Source: Asterionella formosa (lineage: Eukaryota). From it: DNA of 38,531 nucleotides. How positions within the stretch are numbered: position 1 is the stretch's first letter; each line of letters begins with the position of its first letter. The notes beneath the pieces were generated by a model. That model saw only the letters and a list, made by a program, of their open reading frames with translations. It had not been told where the DNA came from and made no database searches. The DNA is taken from NCBI GenBank assembly GCA_002256025.1, contig NKIB01015057.1:1-38531 (forward strand), read 5' to 3'. This document shows positions 21,673 through 33,176 of the stretch, piece after piece. The position numbers and the translations under genes were made by a program.

Positions 21673-23986
21673 TGCAACAACTGATAATTCCCGAATATGA
21701 TCTGTTTCCCTGCCATGATTACTCCAATGTCTTGGTTGCTCACACTTTACAATAAGTGAATTGAAGTCACTTTTCAAACTCAAGATCCATTCCATTTAAT
21801 TATTATGTGCCATCGTTCATTCAAATATAATCATATTGTCATTTGATCGAATTGATCAAGTCACATAAAACAGAATCCACGATTCGATATTTTGTCACCC
21901 TCTCTTATCTCGATCCCAGCAATCCATGAAGCCGTTCATGATTTGAAAGGCATGCGCATCATGAACTTTTTGTGTCACATTTTTAGACAACAATAATTCT
22001 GCGGGATTCTTTAATGTATTGACGTGCATATGAAACTTTAATTGTCCCTGCTTTAACTTTCTCTCAAATAAAGTGACAACGGAAATCAATATGGTTGTTT
22101 CTCGAACTAGCCTGTGGATTTTTAGATAGAAAAATCGCCCCTGTATTATCTTCAAACAGAAGACTTGGCATTATCACATTGGTCACCTCGGCAAGTAGAT
22201 TTGTAATAAACGTTGTTTCTTTAGATCCATCAGATAAAGCCACACATTCAGCTTCAGTGCTTGATACTGTCACAATTGGTTGACCTTTTGAAATCCAATT
22301 AATCAAAGCAGAACCACCGATTGTTCCCATGTAGGGCTTCCGAGTATCAGGGGTCACCGAATGAACTATCCACAATATTTTGAACTCGCATTGCTCGAGG
22401 TGGTCTCATTTTCAATTTGCGATGACATAAATCCATTGAAATAAATCCAAGCAACCTTTCCACAGAGATCCATTGCGGTTCTCTCGGATTTTCCAAGTGT
22501 TGTGATAGTTCTCGACATGCAGTTGCACATACTGGGCCAATCTTCTTCACAAATATGGCAGCTTCGCAACCATGGAACGATATTCTTTGTGTAGAATAGT
22601 ATTCCCATCATTATTTCTCAAGATAGTACCTGGAAGAGCCGGAGTCATTGCCGTGCATGGTATTTTCTTAAGCGATGTTTTGAAGTCTTCAATCGTAACT
22701 GTCACAAAATCTTCCACGCTCGCTTCTAAATATCGATCTGTTGTATCTTCACCCCACTTGTACCACACACCCAAATATTTATGTAGAATGCTGAGATACT
22801 TAATGTAAAATATATGTTGATCGAAGATTTGAACCACTGACCCCCCCCTTGCCTGCAATAGCGCAATTGTCAACATAAGTGCCAATAATCAGTATCATTT
22901 CACCCTGTTTCTTCATGAAAAACACACATCGGTCCATTTTGCTTTGTTCCAAAGCAATGAGAGTAATTTTCTCGACCAACTTCTTGAAGAGTGCTAATGC
23001 AGCCTGCACCGTACCATACATTGCTTTCTCAAGTATGATGCATGTGTTTTCGACAGTGTCAACAGATTCAAAACCGTAATCTAAGATTCCATGAGGCCAT
23101 TCAATGTAGTAAATGCTTTCGTCGGTCATCACGTGTGAAATTCAAAACATTAGAACAACCCTTTTCTTGATTATCAATAACATTCCTCGCATTTCCACAT
23201 CGTATTGCCCTTGCTGAACAAATTTACCAGTGCTGACAATATTATTATGAAATTAGAGTGGCATAAAGTACATGTTTGAGGCATAATACTTCCTTATTGT
23301 CATCGTTCTACATATGAATATCGCCTCCTTTGTTACATGTAACTTCCTTGCCATCTCCCACAATCACTTTCACGTTGACTTTCTGGACATTAGCCATAAA
23401 TTTGTTGCACGTAGTAATATGGCTCGTAGCCCCAGTATCAGCCAACCACATTTCGGATTCCGTATGCGTAGCACAAAACTCATCATGTGTGTGCACCATA
23501 TTTTCATGCATCATCGTTGCATTATTTTCCGTATTCTCATTTTCGATGCTTTCAAAAGTTCCATCGCTTTCATTTTCATCCTCATGATTTTCTTTCATGT
23601 GTGAATCATCAATTATGTCCCATGCATCATCAGACCACATCTCTTCAACCATTCCGACAAATTTCAAATTTGCCAGTGTCCTTTTCTTTTGTTTCGCCTG
23701 ACTTCTTGATTTTCTTTCCTTTTGGACAATCTCTTGCCTCATGGCCTGCGTATTTCTTGCAACGACTGTTCAATCCCAAACAAAATCTGTTTCCCCGCCA
23801 TGATTACTCCAATGTCTTGGTTCCTCACACTTTACAATTAGTGAATTGACGTCCCATGCTAAAATCAAGATTCATTCCATTGAATTATTATGCGCAATCG
23901 TTCATTCAAATATAATCAAATTGTCATTTGATCAAATTGATCAAGTCACAATAAACAAATAGAATCCACGATTCGATATTTTGTCA
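21673..23986 (-). mobile_element. Internally deleted Ty1/copia (LTR homology about 21673-21897 and 23757-23986)
   Basis: Diverged direct repeats both ending GATTCGATATTTTGTCA, with a PPT (CCCTCTCTT) at 21898. Partial knuckle CKKYAGHEARDC, protease WLADTGATSH, RT KAMYGTVQAA and YVDN, RNase H SSTEAE and EDNTGAI. Integrase and most of gag are missing. Confidence 0.9.
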
Positions 23987-24479
23987 ATACATATAGTATA
24001 TTCTGGACACAGCTATACTACCGGTATTTGACATTACAGAAAAGGACGGAAGCAATGGGGCCATGCCACGCGAGCCCTGGTACCAGGTCCTACTGTCTGT
24101 AGGTACCAGGTACCAGTACTGGTAAGTACTACAAATAAACACTCAATCGAATCGAAGGAGTCGAAGCTAAGGCATTAATATAGCTACAACGCTACTATTA
24201 AGTTCTAGCTTTTAGAGTTGAATCGAACAACCAAGAATCGGCAGCTAAGACAAGGCGAGAAGACAGCAACCACGCGAGGTTATTCTCAGTAGAGGAATGC
24301 AAGGGGTGAAGGGCACAATTCTTTGAAGCAAATTCAGAGAAGCAGTCCAAATAAGCATCACCAAGCCTTTCGCAATTTATGGTCTAAATCATCCACCCTA
24401 AGTCCCTCCCACGGCTAAGCGCAACTCGCCTGCCACAGAACCGGACCGAACCCGGAGTTTGGGGACAGGACGCACACAT

Positions 24480-25112
24480 TACTTTGCCAACCTGAGGCGA
24501 AAGGACCATTGGGCTTCAAACAACAGGAAATTCGAACCGTTGCACTGTGTTGTTAGGGGTGATAATGAGTGGTGAGAAGTTGCCACCATTCATTGTACTT
24601 ACAGGAACAAGGGATGGACATATTGCCAGGCAACTGGAATTACTAGACAACAATCAACAACTTTTCCCGGTCGGTATTAAATATGCTTGTCAACCCAAAG
24701 CTTGGGATGATACAGACATATCTTTACAATGGATCGAAAAAGTTTGGCAACCATTTGCGTTGGGAAAAGACGGTGAGCCTATTCACCTCCTTCTTGTGGA
24801 TGATTTTACTGTCCACAAGGTAGGACGTTGTGTTGATGCAATTAAAAATTCGGCACTGAGGTTGACTTTGTCCTCCCAAGCTACACATCTAGACTTCAAG
24901 TGTTGGATGTAGGAGTTAAAAAGCCCTTCAAGGACTACATGAGAGGATATTGGGAAGAATACATGGTTGCCAATGTGGATAATTCCAAGGTGCAAAGGCA
25001 CCACATTGCACAATGGGGGTAGAAATGGCATGGGCTAGGCAGAGTCTCAATTGAAACAATCACCAATACCTGGAAGAGCATTGGATTTGAGGGCTTTGCT
25101 GCTGTTAACTAG
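24480..25112 (+). pseudogene. pogo/Tc5-like DDE_1 transposase, C-terminal fragment
   Basis: RCTVLLGV..SGEKLPPFIV, QPKAW and LLLVDDF..H, then after a frameshift TSRLQVLDVGVKKPFK. 5' end missing. Confidence 0.85.
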
Positions 25113-25374
25113 TCAAGTAGGATCGGATTATTTGATTATCTATTAACACATTTAATTTTAGTGAAACAATCATTATCGTCAATTAAATTCAGGATGGCAA
25201 ACCCTAATAGGCAAATAAATTAAGCTGATGACTACAAAAAACCCAAAACGAAGTGATTCTTATGTTGAAAATGCTAATTTCTAATATGATTATTAATATT
25301 CTAGTGTAGATTGGATGAAGGACTTGAAAACTTGTCCAGTTTTTGTAACATCTATTCCTGAATCTGGATATCCT

Positions 25375-25766
25375 CAAGAAGCCGGAATGAACAAACTCCA
25401 AGGTGGTTGTGACTTTTTGCCCTTTTGGTAGCATTTTCACCAAAGTCATTGCGCTCAATAAGTTGAGCAAACTTGTTGACAAACTTGTCACTTTTTTTTC
25501 TTCAAAGCTGCAATATTCTTGCCAAGGAAACCAACTGTGCACAGCAGTTCTGTCCCATTAAGGATCAGAACAGCCTTGATACCTGCCTGATCAACTCCAT
25601 CAATTGGGACCACCACTGCCTTGAACCGAACACAATCATTTGGCCTCACAATTGCCTTACAGCAGGCATGCTGCTCACAGCTTCTTCCATTGGTGGTACT
25701 TCTGAGGCCAAGGAATTCGCCATCATGACTGTCTTCCGCAATTCTCATGTTGCGCATATGTGACAA
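25375..25766 (-). pseudogene. Accessory ORF convergent with the pogo transposase (GRSCxxH motif protein), frameshifted
   Basis: GEFLGLRSTTNGRSCEQHACC...VRFK...CTVGFL. It lies between the transposase and a putative TIR. Family resemblance is from memory of stramenopile hypothetical proteins. Confidence 0.5.
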
Positions 25767-25910
25767 TATTTTACAGGTGATGATACTTTACAGGGAACAG
25801 TAGGGTACCTGTAATATACGAAAATACATACCAATAAATAGAATACGTTTATGTTGTGTTATTTTTTCTGTACACAGGAAATATTTGCGAGTGTTGTGCC
25901 AGATGTACAA

Positions 25911-25965
25911 GGGGGGGGGGGGGGGGTGGGGGGGGGGGGGGGGGGGCAACCCACTTTTTACGGTA
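25911..25965 (-). repeat. Poly-G tract (25911-25946) abutting a putative pogo/Tc2-type terminus
   Basis: The minus strand reads TA|CCGTAAAAAGTGGGTTGCCCCC. TA followed by CCGTA is typical of Tc2/pogo ends. No partner TIR was found. Confidence 0.45.
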
Positions 25966-27113
25966 TTCTAGTATACTACGGTTCATATTAGCTCTATACC
26001 TAAAGAATCCTTATGACCTTATACTCGGTCTACAGATGGAGAAAGACGAAACGGACGAAACAGTAATTTTGTCAAAGTTAGTTCGATAGCATTATGGTAG
26101 TCCATATCATTTTATCAGTCATTGTCTAAAGCGGAGAAATATTACAATGTACCTCTGGTAGTCATTCAATGGTGAACAGGCATAGTATGGTGGCAATGTG
26201 TATGTTGAACCTATGGATTTATAGCAGACAGCCAACTGCTGCAACCAGCAGTAAAACCAACAGGGTAGTCTATGGAATTAATTTATAGAGCACAGATTAC
26301 ATAATAGAATCAGACATTTGGTAAACATTTTTTGTCTCTGTGTCCAGCGACAATTGAGTTCATTGTGATTTGCAGTGCAGTTGTTCATAAAGAGGTTTCG
26401 TTATCCTTTACTACTTTACATGAGTTGTTGCAATGGACTTTGCATGGTATGTAAAGCATCAGTCTTTAAACTTCCTTGCAAAACAAAAAGGCTTGTAGCA
26501 TTTATGAATACAAAGTTGAAAAGTCTCCTGACAGCCTAAATACTGGTAGTTTTGAAAAGTGACCAAAGACGGAGGGGAAAGAGCTATGAATGACTCTGGA
26601 CTTGCTTACCCAGTAGACTACGCTGGGAACAATTGATTCCATGGCTGAGGGTAAAGTACTGGTGATGACTTAGTATATAAGCAATAGTTTGCTTCTGGTG
26701 TGGAACTGCCGGAACCCAGTACCAGGTACGACGATCTCTAGAAGCTACCACGCAGTAGCAGAGAACCAGCAATTTTTTAAACTACTCCATCAGAAAGCGG
26801 CTCATACCTAAGCGAGTAGCTGTAATGTGTCAACTGTTTCCTGCCATGCTCACCCCACGGAACGAGAAAACTGAGTAGAAATAATAGTTCATGTAACGGT
26901 CGCGATCATCTAAAGAAAATTAAATTAAATTGTTATCAATGCCAGAGGGCGAGGAGACCCAGTGGCTTTGTTTGGATTGTGGGTGCACTCCCCTATCAAC
27001 TGTGTACAATACGACGTCGCCAATAGAGTAGGCATTCCATCGTTAGGAGCAATAATCAATGTAACAAGTACTACTAAAATTGGCGAGAAAATTGCATTTC
27101 GTGCATTTTTCGC

Positions 27114-27488
27114 CTACTTTTTGCTCTTACTCAAACCAGCATCGAGCAAATCATCGAGCCCGGCCACCACCTTCTTTTTCTTTGGCTTGACTGGTTCACT
27201 AGCAGCGGCGACTGGTGCCGTCTTTGGTGCATTGGGATCGAACCCGGCCAGAGATGAAAAGCATTCCGTAGGATCGGTACAAGTTGGATGCTTGGCGGTA
27301 ACGTGGAGTAGAAGAGTGGGAGGTTTGACATTGACCATGAATGTCGTCCTACAGAGAGTGCACATGAACGCGGAACTGTCCTTGGCTGCCTTCGCGGACG
27401 CCGCTTTCCTTTCTTCATCCGTTTTACCCACTTTCTTTTGATTCCTCTCTCTTGCCGCCGCGGATTTCTGTGCGTTTCCTCCTCCCAT
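27114..27488 (-). CDS. Small zinc-binding protein, At2g23090/ZNF706 (4F5, zf-met2)-like
   Basis: MGGGNAQKSAAARERN N-terminus, CTLC...H...KHP zinc finger, and a Lys-rich tail; 124 aa. Confidence 0.88.
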   Translation of the reverse strand: MGGGNAQKSAAARERNQKKVGKTDEERKAASAKAAKDSSAFMCTLCRTTFMVNVKPPTLLLHVTAKHPTCTDPTECFSSLAGFDPNAPKTAPVAAASEPVKPKKKKVVAGLDDLLDAGLSKSKK

Positions 27489-27785
27489 CTTTGCAAATTT
27501 CCGTTCGTCTCTTTTCGATTCGCAAATGTGCTTTGGAAGTATTCAAGTATTACTCCAAGTAATATATTTTATGTAGCGAAATCAAAGAATCATGCGAGAT
27601 TCGACCAGAAAAATAACCAAATGACATTTCAAACGACGAGACTTATTATCCAACGGACGTGTGGCCACAATGGCACGATTGGAAATACGGACGGCTTACA
27701 TACCGAATGCAAAATGCAAGAAGAAGAGAAGCAACTAATGGCACTGGTACTCCGTACCATTGTACCAGGTACCAGGGTACGCCAT

Positions 27786-29404
27786 GCTTATTTGTCAATC
27801 CTTGTGTGTAACTCGTTCTCTAAGTCGACACCAAAGTACACAATAAGGGTTAGTCAAGTTCTCTCATTGTTGAGTTCTGATATATATGATATAACACTAA
27901 CCCTATATTCATCTGTATTGATGCGCAAGATTGCTTACTCTCCCACACCAAGGGAAAACCTTTTACCTTTGAAAAGGTTTGATGCAATGAATATTAATTC
28001 GTTAGGTTTGTTGAAAAGTAACTGTACCATTGGCATATACTTGAATAATAGAATAAGGACCTCGTCCACAGTCATCCAAGGTAGTAAGTAGGATTATCCA
28101 ATAGGATTAAAATCTCATCACCAACTTTGTAATCACAAGAACGATGATGAAAACTATCACAACATAGACATTTGTCAATTATCACTTATCGACATTGATA
28201 TCCCAATATCAATTGCATATCTGTAATCAAAGGAATATTTAATATCATATCATATTGGAAAACCCAACCATATTCTTGGTGAAATAGTAGGCAATGTGCT
28301 AGAATTAGTAGTTCGAGCTGCATATGATGCAGCAAAAAATTTTGTACGTTTTGACATGCTTCACATATGCTTGCAATATGTTCCACTTTTGCTTTTAATT
28401 GAGTGTAATAGAAATGTGTAGAAACTGTAGCATTTCATCTTGTCATACCCACATGAACTAATATCTGATGATACCAATTAATAATAGGATCCAATAGTGA
28501 TGTATGAATAGCAATATGCCAAGTCTCTCCTGGATTCTTCACAAAACATATTAAATGTATATAATAAAATTGAAAGAGGGAAATTTTAACGATGTGGCTG
28601 TTTGTTGATTGAGAATCTTCTTTGGCGGAGACCTCTTGATCTTCTGGATGAGGTATTATGAGTTTCAGGAACTTCTTTAAGGTTTTGAGACAGGCAGCGA
28701 AGTCGATCATAAACATGTTGAAATGTTTTATTGAGTATTTGAAATGTTTTATTGAGTATAATCATGGCATCCACTGATGCTGACTGTCAGAGATATCATG
28801 AAGAAGGTAATCTTCCAGCCACATCACCATGACTTTTTGTTGAGACTGTTATGAGACTGAGCATCTGGGTGTATTGCAACGCTCATCCAGTCAGACAAGA
28901 CGATATCTGTGAGTCACCTTTTGTAGCAGTAGGTGAACAAGCAAGGAATCTGCTGGACTGAAGGTATATGTGTTAGCAATATCACAGCATTTACTGAAAT
29001 CATTCAACAAGCTTCCACTGAGTGTTCACTGATCATATCTTCGTTGAAAGACTCCAAACATCGACCTGGTAGGGATACACAAAGAGGTCTGAATCTTGAT
29101 GTTTAGGTGTTGTAACCCTTCATCCTTCATCAATGGGACCACTGGAACTTGAGAGGACAGTGTATCAACATGATTATAAATTCTAATAAGACTCTTTTTG
29201 AATTCAAAGTGAAGTATCTAACTAGAAGTAGTAGTATTTGTTGAATATATGAGCTTATTTGTTAATCCTTGTGTGTAACTCGTTCTCTAAGTCGACACCA
29301 AAGTATACAATAAGGGTTAGTCAAGTTCTCTCATTATTGAGTTCTGATATATACGATAAAACACTAACCCTATATACTTCTGTATTGATGCGCAAGATCG
29401 CTCA
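27786..29404 (-). mobile_element. Internally deleted Ty3/Gypsy element, copy 2 (LTRs 27786-27937 truncated, and 29210-29404)
   Basis: LTR pair homologous to copy 1. Integrase zinc domain WYHQILVHVGMTR...CEACQ and GPY motif GPYSIIQVYANGTV...RINI..IKPF on the minus strand. PPT at 27938. Confidence 0.88.
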
Positions 29405-29428
29405 CCAGGTACCCTGTACCCTGGTACA

Positions 29429-30041
29429 GGAAAATTCCCGTAGCGCACGTTTTATGTGCACCTTTTCAGCTTTGACGCACTCCCTATGAATCATCTCATG
29501 CCTGCCGGACGAGATAGGCCAGCTTTTGATGAAAATTAAATTCCTTAATTAATTTAGGAAAACGTTCTTTATTGACTGATGACAATTTGCAGTGTCCGTC
29601 TCTGAACACAGCTCGGATTTGCTGACTGATGAATGGGTTCAAGAAACCGTCGTCTTGCTTTGGAATAAACACAGGAATCGTACTACCTTACTACATTTAG
29701 AGCTTTCTGACAATGACTAGAATTCGCTGACAATTACAAAAATTTGCTGACTATGACAAGAAACTGCTGACTACGACTAGAAGTTCTTACTGATTGGTGA
29801 ATTCCATTGGCAAACCATCATCCAGTTGCTGAATACCATTAACAGCAGTATTAGTTGAACATGATTTCGATGATCAGAACACGACTTGGATTTAATGAAT
29901 GATAATTTATCATTGAAGAAAGTTCTTAAGATAGTTTGGAATGAAAAGCCAGTCTATCTCGTCTGGCAGGCATGAGATGATCCATTGGGAGTGCATCGAA
30001 ACTGAAAAGGTGCGAAAAAACGTGCGCTACCGGAAGTTCCC
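29429..30041. mobile_element. Non-autonomous DNA transposon/MITE with ~100-bp imperfect TIRs (MULE-like layout)
   Basis: 29429-29530 (GGAAAATTCCCGTAGCGCACGTTTT...ATCATCTCATGCCTGCC) is the approximate reverse complement of 29940-30041. Internal 20-bp repeats at 29705-29785. No TSD visible. Confidence 0.8.
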
Positions 30042-30484
30042 GGTGACTATGGCATACTTCTTGATGTATGTGTTTTTGGAACACCTTGGGAGGAAATGCT
30101 TTGTATTCCTCGTGTTGCATGCTGGAGTAGTGAGGCTCCACCATCCTCATGTGTTTGCCCTCTGCAACGTCATACTTTAGCAGAATCTGCACTTCAGTCT
30201 CGTCCTTCGAGGGTAGGGGAAGAATCGAATTAGATTGCGGACAATTGGATTTACTTGCCTGTCATAGGAAAATGCTGCACTTTCCTCAACAGCAAAATCA
30301 ATTTGCTTTGCAACAGCATTCCGTAGTTTATTACCACTAAGGTTCGTACAAAAGTATTGTAAGACACCATTGAGCATTCCACTTGCATGCTGTACACTTC
30401 ACTTGGTTTCATTGTTGGCAGCACCTTTAATGCCAGAATATCATTTATCAGGAGTGGTTTTGCAATCTCCCAAAGTGTTGACAT
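30042..30484 (-). pseudogene. Decayed two-repeat helical protein ORF, probably transposon-associated
   Basis: Two similar modules, WEIAKPLLINDI...MKPSEVY...YNTF and ILLKYDVAEGKH...EEYKAFPPKVFQKHIHQEV. Frameshifted and cut by the MITE. Confidence 0.5.
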
Positions 30485-30577
30485 GATTGATTGTTGTGTC
30501 TTTCTAATCCTTCCTCGCTCTGTTTCAGGTTTTTAAAATAGTCAATCATGTGTTGAAAAAATTCATTGTTTCTGTTG

Positions 30578-30837
30578 CCCATGTCCATAGAATGAACTTT
30601 CCAGTTTCAAGACAGTCATCCATACCAAAATCCGAAAATAGCTAGTATGCATCGCAAACAAAAACGGCAAGAGACAGAAATCAGGCGACTCAATCATTCC
30701 ATTTCTCATGGCCATGCGCATAGAATGCACTTTCCAGTTGTGTCAAGACAGGTAGCCAGTCGCGCCAAAATACGAAAATAGTGATGCATCGCAAAAAAAC
30801 GGCAGAAAACAGAAATCAGGCAACTCAATGATTTCAT
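30578..30837. repeat. Tandem pair of ~130-bp units
   Basis: CCATG..CATAGAATG.ACTTTCCAGTT...CAAGACAG...CCAAAAT.CGAAAATAG...ATGCATCGCAAA...ACAGAAATCAGGC.ACTCAAT at 30578-30702 and 30711-30837. Confidence 0.88.
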
Positions 30838-32981
30838 AGCAACATAAAAGATGGATTTCACAAATCTGGCCGAAACAAACAAATCAAGCAACAATGTAAA
30901 CCTGCGAACACTTATTCCAGAAAAACTGACAAGACCATCTGCTTTGGTAAAGGTTATTTCTTAGTACCGGTACTAATCAGATTTAAATATTTACCGGTCT
31001 TTATTGGAGATAAGAGCTAGATTTGCTACCATAAACTTCGTCTGTAAATAAAAAGTATCATATTTACAAGATCACAGGTATCATACGCTAACTTGCACGG
31101 TGTTTTCGCCACATGATACTTCTTCCGTTATGTGTATGATAATTGTATAGATATGTATATGATCATGTCAAGCATACTAATAATACACAGTACACTATAT
31201 AATCATCAAAACAATATCCTATGATGTACATTCGTTCATCATATATCTATCTTAACATAGTAATCGTAATTCTAATCAAAGTGAATGTTCAAAATATGGT
31301 GAAATAAATTGTAATTTTACTATGATTAGAAATAATTTCTATCATTAAACCTGCTAACCGCCATTTCGGCCGCCATCTTTAAACTATGCCAGCGTCATTG
31401 CTTGTACTTTGATTCCTGCAACATGATGGCAATACATCTGTTTGACTGAGCCTTGCCCTTGCTTCCAACACTTCTCACGTCAACTGCAGACAAATCAATT
31501 GCCCTCACTGTCATTCAACTTCAAAAGGAATTGTTTGCCAATCACTCATCTACGTTGTTCTGATTTCCCCTCGTATCACTGTTTGCTCATTTTTCCTCAT
31601 GTGTCTTACTTCGGTGTACATTTGATTGCCCGTTTGCTCTTTTCCATAGATCCTACCGAAATGAGATGCTGGTTCATTTACAATTCATTTTGATATCCTA
31701 ATCAAAGTGACAATGAGAAGCAGAAAGTTGCTAGTTATGTATTACTTGTTTACACCACAACAAATGCTTCCCATTTTGGATTGACTTACCAATTATTGAT
31801 GTATTTTCTAACATTTCTGAATAATAAAAATGTGTCAGTCCAGTATCGCATAAGTGCACATCAGCAAATCGTTCCGGCGATGCCATTTATAACTTGCAAC
31901 AAATAATGTTTGATTACAATTATCCTGGAAGATAAAAACCAGCCACTGCTCATGAGTCAGCATGCAAGCACTTATCAATTTTTTGTCCACATTGGTGGTT
32001 TCCCACCAAATGCAAAACGAGCAATTGAATCCTTCGAGAACGAAAAAACAATTTAGTCTTTCTGAACCCAACAATCGTTCATCATGGCATGTTCCCTCGA
32101 CGTACCATAGCTGAATTCCATTCCTTCCTATTAAATTTTCAATCCCTCTAAGCCGCAATATGTCATATCATTGTGTTGTAGCATCACTTCAGTTTCCCTT
32201 TGATGTGGCTGATGTGCTCTTTCATGCCAGGATGTGTACCGGTATGCATGACAAGTAACTAGATGCGATAAACATGATTTCAAATGTATTAGTCATTTAT
32301 ACATTGATAAAAAGTTGTAATGCATAAATATATATACTTTTGAACACTTTCATAGTTCAAAGACACAATTCATATCGCACATCATGTGTATGCTTCTATC
32401 AGTTAGCTAAGCTAGTTCATAATTCAAATACATACAATGCATGAGAATATTATTATTTTCCACGAGCTGATTTACTGTTTTTGAATTATTCCTGCATCAA
32501 TTCTTGTACCTACAAGTCAGTGATTCAATTAAGCCCCTCAATTAGCGGGATTCATACAAAAAATTTATTTGTTACAAATCATTTAATATTTAGATTATTC
32601 ATTTTCTCATATCATTGACACCGTTTATCATATGATAAATATGCTTTGTTCAAATGTGTAGGATACACTTATCAAACTTTATGAATAACAGATCATACTT
32701 TCTGGTTAGAAAAGATTGCCAATAAATTAGATCACTGAAAACACTATTTAGCTCATTTGATCTTACTTTTAAGATCATGATATCCTAGTTCTTAAAATTA
32801 ATTTTGATGATTATTTTCTCATATCAATGGCATCTTTTATCATATGATCAATATGCGCGCATTTCTCGAACAAATAGGATATAGAGATCAAACTTAACAG
32901 ATAGTACTTTTTGGTCCTCGTAAATGATGCATGCTTGCCAGTAAATATCGGCACTAATGGCGGGCTGCTTTTATAAGACCG

Positions 32982-33176
32982 TGTTATTGCATACCCTCCA
33001 TACCCTATAGATACCAATGTTAGGTTGCTTGTATCATGAGAACATGTTATTGAGGCATACCCTCCATCATCTATAGATACCAATGTTAGGTTGTTGTTTG
33101 TACAAAACCATGTTATCGCATACCCTCCATTACCTATAGATACAATGTTAGGTTGTTTGTAAAAGACTGCGTTATT
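32982..33176 (-). repeat. Tandem ~60-66-bp repeat (3 units) within ORF 32811-33203
   Basis: Core GCATACCCTCCAT-N4-CTATAGATAC(C)AATGTTAGGTTG, translated on the minus strand as (NLTL)VSIxxGGYA(S)IT three times. Confidence 0.85.

Noticed and set aside
25856..26089. ORF with a poly-Gly tract
   Set aside because: Simply a translation of the G run.
26962..28091. Plus-strand ORFs 26962-27441 and 27438-28091
   Set aside because: One is the antisense shadow of the zinc-protein gene; the other is a chance read-through of its promoter and a Gypsy LTR.
32982..33176. Repeat-spacer appearance suggesting a CRISPR array
   Set aside because: Only three degenerate units, the linkers resemble each other, the context is eukaryotic and no cas genes are present.
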